Below, one piece after another: positions 1 to 7,736 of a DNA stretch of 52,115 nucleotides. How positions within the stretch are numbered: position 1 is the stretch's first letter; each line of letters starts with the position of its first letter. The stretch spans positions 1 through 52,115 of the forward strand of contig CALJUK010000225.1 of the NCBI GenBank assembly GCA_937975745.1, read 5' to 3'. A program made the translations under genes and the position numbers. The notes below the pieces were generated by a model. The model saw nothing but the letters and a program-made list of their open reading frames with translations, was not told the DNA's origin and searched no databases. Source of the DNA: an uncultured Planctomycetaceae bacterium (GTDB lineage Bacteria; Planctomycetota; Planctomycetia; Planctomycetales; Planctomycetaceae).

Positions 1-640
1 CTGTCCCCCAACCGGCTCCGCCCTGCCGTTCCTCTGGAAAGGTCAAGGCCCAGCCTGAAGGACCAAGTTCCGGAAAGCTCACCGAAACTACCGACCTGCC
101 TGAAAGAGCCACTCTCAGACCGTGTTCACACTATACAACCCCAGTTTCACTGACCACACGTCACCCGGCACAACGTCATATGTCAACCAAAAACAGACAC
201 ACGTGCGCAAATTCCTTGTTACCCGCCGGTGGAGAAACCACACCCAATCCGCCGAATTGGTGTACAACCTCGGGACGATTTGCCTCAATCTCCCCGGCTA
301 CGTTCACGTGATTGAATGTGTAGACTTATACGGTTGTGGTTGGTGGAAATTTTGGTGTACGTTCTCGGCGGGGTATGTAATTTACAATCTGGCGGCCGAT
401 GGTCCCTACCCCCACCCCCCTGCCCCCTCGGCGGGCATACATACGCACCAACATCGACGTAAACCCTTTCCAGAGAACCGCATATGCGAAATTTGCGGCG
501 CCAGTTTTTCGCTCGACGTACTCACAAGCATATACACGTCCGAGCGTCATGACCCATCGAATCCGCGACATCCGCGTTTTCGATACTGTTTGGGGCCTTG
601 TTTCCCTCACCTTTCCCCCTGAGTGGCATGCATTGTGCTA

Positions 641-729
641 TGTGGCTTGGTGTTGTGTGTTCCCTTGGTTGTGTGTCTTTTGTTGGCTTCTTTTGTCTTG
701 TGTGTTCTGGGTGTGTCTGGTTCTTTCCT
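641..729 (+). other. 89-nt adenine-free G/T-rich tract in the ORF-poor left end
   Basis: Direct read: no A between A640 and A730, so the minus strand carries a C/A-rich run. ORFs called here (122..622, 399..788) translate to Cys/Trp/Val low-complexity strings. Confidence 0.9.
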
Positions 730-964
730 ATGAGCACTTGGGTGGTTTGTGCTCCTTGTGTGCTGAGTTGAGCCCGTCGTTGAGTTGAGCCGAACCGCCG
801 TATCGCTGAGTCTCGCCACTGGTCTGGGCGCTCATGTCCGGACTGTGCTGCCTTTCCTGCCTGTAGGGCCTATCGGTTGCCTTTTCTGAGCAGTTTGACC
901 GCACTCGCTTGTATCTGCTTCACTTGTGTGCAATGCTTGGGTTCGCGGTTGTTTCCGCGAGCTT

Positions 965-974
965 CCCCCCCCCC
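965..974 (+). repeat. C10 homopolymer
   Basis: gcttCCCCCCCCCCattt read directly. It ends 28 nt before GTG1003/ATG1006 of the first early gene. Confidence 0.95.
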
Positions 975-1002
975 ATTTGGTTTTCTTGTGACATGAGGTG
1001 AT

Positions 1003-1581
1003 GTGATGCTTGATTTAGCGCGACTTCCGCGCGGACTGGTTGACGATTTGGTGGATCGCTGCTGTCGGACGCTAACCGTCCACTTGCGGCGTAGGGGCGG
1101 TGAAATCCGCTCCGAATTTGACCGTGACGACGTTCGGTCTGATGTTGTCGTTGGCGTTTTGTCCGCTCTGACCAAGGGTGACTATCAGGACGAGAACAGC
1201 TTGCGTTCTCTGATCGTCAAATGCTGTCAGTCCGCTTGGGGCAACTACGTCCGTTCGCGATCTGGGATGGTTTTGGTTGACAGCGATTCCCCATGCCTGA
1301 ACGAAGCTCCCGATCGTCCGGACGATGGCCATGACCCTAAAAAGCTTGCACAGCTTGTCATGTCGTGGACCGATCGCGACCACCAGTTGACCGCACTCGC
1401 GTTGGCCACAACCCCTACGCGCCGTGAGGCTTGGGAGCAACTCGGGATTGCCGAGTCCACGTTGCATCGGCGTATGGTCATTATGCGGGAAAAGGCAGAT
1501 CCTTCGATCGTCCCCACAACCCGCAAAACCGTTGCAAGCTTCGCCGTAGAGGTTGGCGAGCTTGTTTTGGAAGAACTTTAG
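1003..1581 (+). CDS. sigma-70-family (ECF-like) sigma factor or HTH transcription regulator
   Basis: 192 aa. Region-2-like helix (SLIVKCCQSAWGNYVRSRS) and C-terminal region-4-like HTH (TRREAWEQLGIAESTLHRRMVIMREK). GAGGTG SD at 995-1000 makes ATG1006 the likelier start. Confidence 0.45.
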   Translation: MMLDLARLPRGLVDDLVDRCCRTLTVHLRRRGGEIRSEFDRDDVRSDVVVGVLSALTKGDYQDENSLRSLIVKCCQSAWGNYVRSRSGMVLVDSDSPCLNEAPDRPDDGHDPKKLAQLVMSWTDRDHQLTALALATTPTRREAWEQLGIAESTLHRRMVIMREKADPSIVPTTRKTVASFAVEVGELVLEEL

Positions 1582-1677
1582 GCGACATCGCCCCAAATCG
1601 TGGGGCATACTTGAGCACCCCGCTGGTCATGTTGGCCAGCGGGGACACCACAACAACCCGATTCGGAGACTGTGACA

Positions 1678-2046
1678 ATGAGCAAAACGAACAACACCCC
1701 AGCCAGCAATCTTGACCAACTCGCAGCCGCGCTCCCCGCCAAGCAATCCGGGATTCGCCCCAATTGCTACCTTGACCGCAACAACAACGTTGTGGCTAGC
1801 GTCCGTTCGGACGAATGCGGTTGGAAGGGAATCACTCCCCGTGCCATCATGGATGTCCTCAAGAATCCGGAGGCGTACGTGAAAGCCGCGATGGAAGCTT
1901 TGGCACTGTCCAAGTCACCGGCCGAAAAGCAGCGATTGACTGAAGCCAAAGCGGCCAAAGCCGCTCAGAAGTCTGGCAAGTCACCCGCGCAAGCTGGTAG
2001 CGACTCACTCGCGGACCAACTCGCCCAACTCCAGCAATCCGTCTGA
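1678..2046 (+). CDS. hypothetical protein
   Basis: ORF 1672..2046. GGAG at 1665-1668 favours ATG1678. Preceded by a 9-bp hairpin (1618-1644) and CACCACAACAAC (1646-1657). Confidence 0.6.
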   Translation: MSKTNNTPASNLDQLAAALPAKQSGIRPNCYLDRNNNVVASVRSDECGWKGITPRAIMDVLKNPEAYVKAAMEALALSKSPAEKQRLTEAKAAKAAQKSGKSPAQAGSDSLADQLAQLQQSV

Positions 2047-2071
2047 TTCTCTCAGGTCACTCCAGACCTAA

Positions 2072-2104
2072 CCCCGCTGGCCAGCTTGGTCAGCGGGGTT
2101 TTTT
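2072..2104 (+). terminator. rho-independent terminator
   Basis: CCCCGCTG (2072-2079) pairs with CAGCGGGG (2091-2098), followed by T6 (2099-2104). It lies 26 nt after the stop at 2044-2046. Confidence 0.85.
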
Positions 2105-2272
2105 CGTGCGCGCACACAACCCGCCGACTTCGAGCCCACCAGACGGCAAACCTAACGCGTCGATCCAGGGCCTCACGGTGCCATACGCGTCGCCTCGATT
2201 CCGAATCCGATCCACCCTACGTGCTTTCCAAGCGTCGCAACACGGGCCATTCTCGCAAGCCTGAAGGCATGG

Positions 2273-2293
2273 CTGGAGTGAGCCCCGATAGTC
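2273..2293 (+). promoter_or_regulatory. bipartite promoter-like motif CTGGAG-N7-CGATAGT (copy I)
   Basis: CTGGAGTGAGCCCCGATAGTC, followed by hairpin CCGGCCG/CGGCCGG (2301-2322). Upstream of the HNH gene. Confidence 0.55.
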
Positions 2294-2430
2294 AGTAAAA
2301 CCGGCCGGATCGCTTCGGCCGGTAAAGGAAGGGGGCTGTCTGTCTTGGCTGGAATGCCGCCACGAACGTACACCTATCTGGAGTCTATTCCTGTTTCGGC
2401 TTACCGTTAAACGGTCAACTTAAACCTGGA

Positions 2431-2916
2431 GTGCTTTCCATGTTCTGGCCACTGCTCCTGAAACCGATCCCCGACCACCCCAAATACTACGCATGCCCGG
2501 CCGGTCACATCTGGTCGAAATGGTACGCGCGCGTGAGAAGGCTGAGACCTTCCTTAAGCAATATGGGGTACCCACAACTCTCCGTTTACGTGGATGGACG
2601 ACAGCTATCGAGGCGTGTGCATCGCTTGGTTCACTTAGCGTTCCACGGGCCTATCGATGATGGTCTTGAGTGCTGTCACCTTGACGGGAACCCCAAGAAC
2701 TCGCGACCAGACAACCTGACTGCCCTCACCCACATTGAGAACGAACGCCAGAAGCTCATGCATGGCGTCGCCAAAGAGCGGAAACTCACAGAAGCTGACG
2801 CACGCGCGATCAAGTACGCCGAGAACGGAACACAAGGCGCCATCGCCAGGAAATACGGGATCAACTACCGAACCGTCGGCGATATCCGCAAAGGCCGCAC
2901 CTGGAAACACATCTGA
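2431..2916 (+). CDS. HNH homing-type endonuclease
   Basis: CCHLDGNPKNSRPDNLTALTHIEN is an HNH_3-type motif, with a C-terminal HTH-like tail. GGAG at 2428-2431 favours ATG2440 as start. Confidence 0.8.
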   Translation: MLSMFWPLLLKPIPDHPKYYACPAGHIWSKWYARVRRLRPSLSNMGYPQLSVYVDGRQLSRRVHRLVHLAFHGPIDDGLECCHLDGNPKNSRPDNLTALTHIENERQKLMHGVAKERKLTEADARAIKYAENGTQGAIARKYGINYRTVGDIRKGRTWKHI

Positions 2917-2926
2917 TCGATCCCGG

Positions 2927-2947
2927 CTGGAGTGCCCCTCGATAGTG
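2927..2947 (+). promoter_or_regulatory. bipartite promoter-like motif (copy A)
   Basis: CTGGAGTGCCCCTCGATAGTG, 11 nt after the HNH stop. Followed by a hairpin and CACCACAACAACA (2981-2993). Confidence 0.55.
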
Positions 2948-3008
2948 CTTGTGCAGCGGTGGTTTCATGTGAGCCGCCGTCACCACAACAACACTGGGAG
3001 CTTCAACC

Positions 3009-3347
3009 ATGGGTTTGTTTACCAACGCGGACCTGATCAGCGTCTACTCGACCGATCAGGCGATTGAGGATGGGGTTTTGCACCATCCGTATCCTTCGGA
3101 GTGGCCCTGGCTGCTCGTCACTGATGCCGTCTGGAAATCAGCCCAGAACGTGTCCCTCAATCGGCGCGTTGATTTTCGTGACGTACTGCGGCCGTTCCTC
3201 GGCGACTGCATCCTGGCTGTGCAATACGCCATGCGGCAGACGCCCGATGTTGACCTTGTCAAGGTTCAGGGCACCTGCGTGGGAACCGTCTGGGTTCGCC
3301 CCAACGACAAGAAGGGCATGACGGTCATGTTTCCGGAGGACCACTGA
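3009..3347 (+). CDS. hypothetical protein
   Basis: 112-aa ORF with GGGAG SD. Its stop overlaps the next start (ATGA at 3344-3349 region). Confidence 0.6.
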   Translation: MGLFTNADLISVYSTDQAIEDGVLHHPYPSEWPWLLVTDAVWKSAQNVSLNRRVDFRDVLRPFLGDCILAVQYAMRQTPDVDLVKVQGTCVGTVWVRPNDKKGMTVMFPEDH

Positions 3348-3682
3348 TGGAGGCGGAAGTCGAATCCACTAGTAAGAAACACCCCCTTGAAGTGTGGTTC
3401 TTCGAGCGAGCGTCGACGGGTGCACGGCGGGACTTCATCCGTGCTGTCCATGAGCTTGGGGAGATGTCCCCCGACGAGATTGAGTCCTGGTTCTACAGGC
3501 TCAATGAAAATGATCAGCGGATATTCATCCGGGAAACGACTGCGTACGTGGGATGCCTCACCTTCGAAGAGGCGGCTCGCCAAGTGGACTGGGGCGATCC
3601 CCATGCTTCATCCGCTGTGCACGCCCTCTGCAAACCCTTTTGGCTCGACACGAGAACTCACGTCTTGCGACCGAGTAACTGA
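3347..3682 (+). CDS. hypothetical protein
   Basis: 111-aa ORF translationally coupled to the previous gene. Confidence 0.55.
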   Translation: MEAEVESTSKKHPLEVWFFERASTGARRDFIRAVHELGEMSPDEIESWFYRLNENDQRIFIRETTAYVGCLTFEEAARQVDWGDPHASSAVHALCKPFWLDTRTHVLRPSN

Positions 3683-3825
3683 TTCCACGTCACGTGTTGT
3701 GGCGATGGGCTGCCGCACCTTTTCCTTTGCGGCAAAGGCATCCAGCCGGCGACGTCTGGTGGGAATTGTCCCGATCAGACACGTGACAGGGTCGTGCTGG
3801 GTGCCTCTTCTGCTGATGACCAACC

Positions 3826-4404
3826 TTGGAGAATCCAATGCTCAAAGCTCTTGAAGAAGCTGACCAACCTCAACTGACAAGCCGACAGAAAGAGATTTAC
3901 GAGTTCCTGAAGGACCTCATTCTCAACCGCGGCTACGGACCCAGTGTGAGGGAGATTGGCGCACACTTTGGGATTCGATCGCCCAACGGCGTGATGTGCC
4001 ACCTCAAGGCACTCGAAAAGAAGGGGTTGATCACTCGGAAGTCGCACATGTCTCGAGCAATCCAACTTGTTGGGGCCGACTCTCCCATGAATCGGACCAT
4101 GCTGAGGGTTCTCGCAAAACTGGACAGCAAGAAGCTCGCTAACACGGAAGACTCAGTCGACCTATCGGAAATACTTGGCTCCACGAAATTCGCTGTCCGT
4201 GTCAAGGATGACTCACTTAAGAATCACGGCATTCGCCCTGGCGATTTGGTCGTTCTCGACCACGTTGACCACGACACCGTTAAGGCCGGAGACGAAGTCG
4301 TCGGGACACGTGACGGGAAACCCAGCGTGAACACCTTCGTTTCAGGACGCGACGACGATCTCGTGCTCTACGGCAAGCTCGTTGCCGTGATTCGGCTCCC
4401 CTGA
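3826..4404 (+). CDS. LexA-like repressor with an apparently incomplete catalytic dyad
   Basis: N-terminal winged HTH (LTSRQKEIYEFL...GYGPSVREIGAHFGIRSPNGVMCHLKALEKKGLI). S24-like C-terminal part (VRVKDDSLKNHGIRPGDLVV) keeps the Ser, but the Lys position reads SVNTF. Confidence 0.7.
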   Translation: MENPMLKALEEADQPQLTSRQKEIYEFLKDLILNRGYGPSVREIGAHFGIRSPNGVMCHLKALEKKGLITRKSHMSRAIQLVGADSPMNRTMLRVLAKLDSKKLANTEDSVDLSEILGSTKFAVRVKDDSLKNHGIRPGDLVVLDHVDHDTVKAGDEVVGTRDGKPSVNTFVSGRDDDLVLYGKLVAVIRLP

Positions 4405-4405
4405 C

Positions 4406-4426
4406 CTGGAGCCTCCCTCGATAGTG
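4406..4426 (+). promoter_or_regulatory. bipartite promoter-like motif (copy B)
   Basis: CTGGAGCCTCCCTCGATAGTG, 2 nt after the stop at 4402-4404. Followed by a nested hairpin and CACCACACCACAACAACA (4467-4484). Confidence 0.55.
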
Positions 4427-4494
4427 CTACTGGGACTCACGACCCAGCGAGGGACTTCTTTCCCGTCACCACACCACAACAACACGGTGATTCC

Positions 4495-5142
4495 ATGAGT
4501 GCTCTCTTCGAACGATGGCGCCCCCAGACCCTTGATGAGCTGAAGGGGTTCGAAACAGTCAAGCAGCAAATACTTCAGGTGCAGGCGTCTGTCGGCCTGA
4601 TGGGGCAATCCTTCTACATCACCGGACAGTCCGGTACAGGCAAAACCACCATCGCTCGCATTCTTGCCAATGCGGCTTCCGATCCCACTTGCATCGAGGA
4701 AGTGGATGGTGCTGACGTCAATGTTGACACCATCCGTGAATGGGAGAAGCAGTCCCAAAGCAGGCCTCTCTTTGGTAGCGGGTTTGCTTACATCATCAAT
4801 GAAGCTCACACGATGCGGTCGCCGGTTGTTTCCCGCATGAACACGACCCTCGAATCTCCTGGGATTCAGCGGAACGCTTTGTTCCTGTTCACGACCACTG
4901 CCGATGGCAATAAGCATCTGTTCGATACCAAGTTTGACGCCTTGCCGTTCCTGTCACGATGCCTACACCTGAAACTTGAACTGGATGTCGACACTGTCCA
5001 CCAGATGGCCAATCACCTCTGCCACATCTGTGAGACTGAGGGGTTTGCCACTGGTACTAAGGATGAGTTCGTTGAGCAGTTGCAGGAAACATCCTTCAAC
5101 CTGCGTTCCTGCATTCAGTCTCTACCAATGCGTGTTGCATGA
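4495..5142 (+). CDS. clamp-loader-like AAA+ ATPase (RFC small subunit / DnaX-HolB-like)
   Basis: RWRPQTLDELKG N-terminal box, Walker A GQSGTGKT, Walker B YIINEAH, and an SRC motif (LSRCLHLKL). Only 215 aa. Confidence 0.65.
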   Translation: MSALFERWRPQTLDELKGFETVKQQILQVQASVGLMGQSFYITGQSGTGKTTIARILANAASDPTCIEEVDGADVNVDTIREWEKQSQSRPLFGSGFAYIINEAHTMRSPVVSRMNTTLESPGIQRNALFLFTTTADGNKHLFDTKFDALPFLSRCLHLKLELDVDTVHQMANHLCHICETEGFATGTKDEFVEQLQETSFNLRSCIQSLPMRVA

Positions 5143-5169
5143 AATCCCCCGAACCCGTGACCATCCCTC

Positions 5170-5883
5170 ATGAGCCAGCAACCATCCAACGAGAACTCTT
5201 CTAAACACATTCATGAATTCGTCTGGAAAACGAACTTCGGCCACGATGCAGAATTCGCTTGGTTTGTCGACGGCGTTGTTCACCTGGAATGCATGCCTTG
5301 TGAAGAAGGTGCTATCCAGCACGGCACCACCCAAATAGAAAACAACACCTACACACGCTGGATAGCCCCTGCATCCGAATCGCTCGCTGAGAAAGTTCGA
5401 GCTGAGTACCGACGAAAAGTCAGGGAAGGAACACTCGTGCGTGCTACGGATATCAAGTCTCGCGAGAAACGCCGGCGTGTACGCAAAGCGAAAAAACAAC
5501 AGCAAGCGAAAGAGCGGACCAAACGTCGACGACAAGTCATTGCCGAACACCCTGTAGCTATTCCAACAGAGCTGCGTGGAGTCTTCATCCTTATGAGGGA
5601 TGGTGACGTTCTCGACGGGCGCTACCGCAGAGTCAATAGGGGTGAGCGTGGTGACATTCGGGCGATCAACACAGATCAACCGCTTACGGCCGCCGGATAC
5701 GGCTACAACACTGCGATCTACTCCCGGATCGGGGCTGATCGTGCTGTGAAATCCTTCAAGCAGCTCACTCACGAAGAGCTAGCATCCTTCGCCTCTCTTC
5801 ACATCAAGAAAATGGGTCACTACCGAAATGGATACGCCGAACAGCAAGAGCAACACGAACGAGACTCACCCCGAGTGTCATGA
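5170..5883 (+). CDS. hypothetical protein with a highly basic central segment
   Basis: 237 aa, with KRRRVRKAKKQQQAKERTKRRRQ in the middle. Confidence 0.55.
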   Translation: MSQQPSNENSSKHIHEFVWKTNFGHDAEFAWFVDGVVHLECMPCEEGAIQHGTTQIENNTYTRWIAPASESLAEKVRAEYRRKVREGTLVRATDIKSREKRRRVRKAKKQQQAKERTKRRRQVIAEHPVAIPTELRGVFILMRDGDVLDGRYRRVNRGERGDIRAINTDQPLTAAGYGYNTAIYSRIGADRAVKSFKQLTHEELASFASLHIKKMGHYRNGYAEQQEQHERDSPRVS

Positions 5884-6025
5884 TATCGATCAGTTCTTCT
5901 CTGACATCGAGGGCTCACTGGATGTGTTCGACCAGCGAATCTCACGACTAGAGGCCAACTTTCAGGAAGAATCTCAAACCGTCCGCCTGATCCTACGACG
6001 CATCGAGCGAAGGCTGAATCAGTGA
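5828..6025 (+). CDS. small hypothetical protein (coiled-coil-like)
   Basis: 65-aa ORF. It overlaps the previous ORF by 56 nt and its stop overlaps the next start (GTGA). Confidence 0.3.
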   Translation: MDTPNSKSNTNETHPECHDIDQFFSDIEGSLDVFDQRISRLEANFQEESQTVRLILRRIERRLNQ

Positions 6026-6321
6026 ACCACATCTTCATCGCACATCGACAGGCCTGGGAAGCCGTTGCGAGAGCCCGTCTTGACAGAGGCATTGAACTCC
6101 CATTTGCCACAAGGGTCATCGAAAATCTTGACCTCTTCACAATTCGGGGACATCAGGGGTTCTACAACCCATTCTACCTACACCCGACTCGACTCCCCCC
6201 AACATCCATTGTTGCTATCTCGGAACTCGGAGTGATCGGATTCGTTCATGACCCAAGAGACGTCAAGCAATGCCTCGAAGACATCGTCTCAATGTCCGAG
6301 TACAACGACATCCCCTTCTGA
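6022..6321 (+). CDS. hypothetical protein
   Basis: 99-aa ORF with a GTG start overlapping the previous stop. Confidence 0.45.
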   Translation: MNHIFIAHRQAWEAVARARLDRGIELPFATRVIENLDLFTIRGHQGFYNPFYLHPTRLPPTSIVAISELGVIGFVHDPRDVKQCLEDIVSMSEYNDIPF

Positions 6322-6361
6322 TTTTGTATCGAATCAATTTCTTACGCGCGAAGAGATTCTC

Positions 6362-6763
6362 ATGCAGTACACGCTGTTCTGGGAAACCATGCCAGAGCCC
6401 CAGAAGTCTCGCGTCCAGGAGTTTATGTCTTCTGGGAACGTCGTCGTCCCCACCGGATCGCGGATATACGCACCAGACGCTGTTACTGCGGACTCTGACT
6501 GGGACTTGGTGTTTCTCAAGGGAGCAACCACTCTCCCGCCCGAAACCAAGACAACAAGCGATGGATCGTCTTCCTGGACACTTCGTGATGGACCGGTGAA
6601 CTACATCCTGTGCAGCGTGCGCGAGTTCAAATCCTGGGTAAACGCCACGAAGCTCATGTTTCATGTTCCCCGCGGAGCGATCTTCAACAAGAACGACCGC
6701 GTGGCCATGTTCCGGAAACTCATGAGGGCCCCAATAGTCGCCGGCTGGAGCCGCCGTCGATAG
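6362..6763 (+). CDS. putative nucleotidyltransferase-fold protein
   Basis: Internal ATG of ORF 6248..6763. TGSRIYAPDAVTADSDWDLVF resembles the G-S...D-x-D minimal NTase signature. Confidence 0.35.
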   Translation: MQYTLFWETMPEPQKSRVQEFMSSGNVVVPTGSRIYAPDAVTADSDWDLVFLKGATTLPPETKTTSDGSSSWTLRDGPVNYILCSVREFKSWVNATKLMFHVPRGAIFNKNDRVAMFRKLMRAPIVAGWSRRR

Positions 6764-6765
6764 TC
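6745..6765 (+). promoter_or_regulatory. bipartite promoter-like motif (copy C)
   Basis: CTGGAGCCGCCGTCGATAGTC. It overlaps the last codons and TAG stop (6761-6763) of the upstream gene. Confidence 0.55.
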
Positions 6766-6818
6766 AGGCTGGCGGCAAGTTCGCCGCAACTCACCACCAC
6801 AACTTTTTGGAGAACATC

Positions 6819-7691
6819 ATGTCTACAGAACTACTGGGTAACGTCGTTACCTGGACCGTCAGTTCGAGCGGGCTACCGCTCGGAACAATTCGTCAAGCCC
6901 TGGAAGACGCGGGACTTGACCCGGAAATCGCCAAGGAACTCAACGCGAGATCAACATTCTCTCGGGCTGCTCGACACCTCAAGGAGAATCGCACCATTGA
7001 TCGCGTTAACAACGCGTCCGATGACACTCTCACTTTTCAGTTCACCAAGAAGACTGACCGGGGTTCGTCGATCGAGTTCGACATGGAGTGCCTCGTTCAC
7101 CTCAACCTTGAAACTGGCGTCATTACATGTCGGGATTCATCCATCGAATCTGAAGCCCGTCTCAAGTTCACTGAGGTCAAGGACCTTCGCACGGCCAGCG
7201 ACATCACTCGCTTGGTTCAGAAGCTCTTCCGGGAGAACGCGGACCTGTTCCCAATCAACCCCAAACACGGCGGGGCTTACTTCGTTCCTGATCAGCACTC
7301 CACATTCACTGAACGGGTGCAAGACTTCATCTTCCGTGTTGGCGGCCAGCTTCACATGTTCCCCGTTCCCAAGGGGACCGAGCAGGGCAACCAGTCTGTT
7401 ATGAACTCCGTGGCTACCGGCTTGGAGTCACTACTCGTGGAGATGGATAAAGCAATCGAGGATTGGACATCCGACACTCGCCCGAGCACCGTCCAACGGG
7501 CTGTTGATAAGTTCCAGGAAATGAAGATCAAGGCGGACACCTACGCTAGTTACCTGGGAGCGCGACAAGACGAGATCGCTGAGAAGCTAAAGAAATCCGT
7601 GTCAGCACTCGTTACCCGATCCAATGACCTTGGACTTGCCAAGGACAATGAAAGCTCAACCAGCAAGGCTGGAGCCCCCGCCGATAGTTAG
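6819..7691 (+). CDS. hypothetical protein, first gene of the MoxR/VWA neighbourhood
   Basis: ORF 6807..7691. GGAG at 6809-6812 favours ATG6819. No motif recognised. Confidence 0.6.
   Translation: MSTELLGNVVTWTVSSSGLPLGTIRQALEDAGLDPEIAKELNARSTFSRAARHLKENRTIDRVNNASDDTLTFQFTKKTDRGSSIEFDMECLVHLNLETGVITCRDSSIESEARLKFTEVKDLRTASDITRLVQKLFRENADLFPINPKHGGAYFVPDQHSTFTERVQDFIFRVGGQLHMFPVPKGTEQGNQSVMNSVATGLESLLVEMDKAIEDWTSDTRPSTVQRAVDKFQEMKIKADTYASYLGARQDEIAEKLKKSVSALVTRSNDLGLAKDNESSTSKAGAPADS
7669..7689 (+). promoter_or_regulatory. bipartite promoter-like motif (copy D)
   Basis: CTGGAGCCCCCGCCGATAGTT, overlapping the 3' end of the upstream gene (stop 7689-7691). Confidence 0.55.
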
Positions 7692-7736
7692 TTCGACGCC
7701 ACTTGGCGACCACCACAACACCTCTGGAGTGCAACC

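Noticed and set aside
122-819. ORFs 122..622, 399..788 and the minus-strand ORFs in the left end.
   Set aside because: The translations are dominated by compositional artefacts (a Cys/Trp/Val/Leu run from the A-free tract, His/Pro/Thr strings). They overlap one another and have no SD. The region is treated as non-coding.
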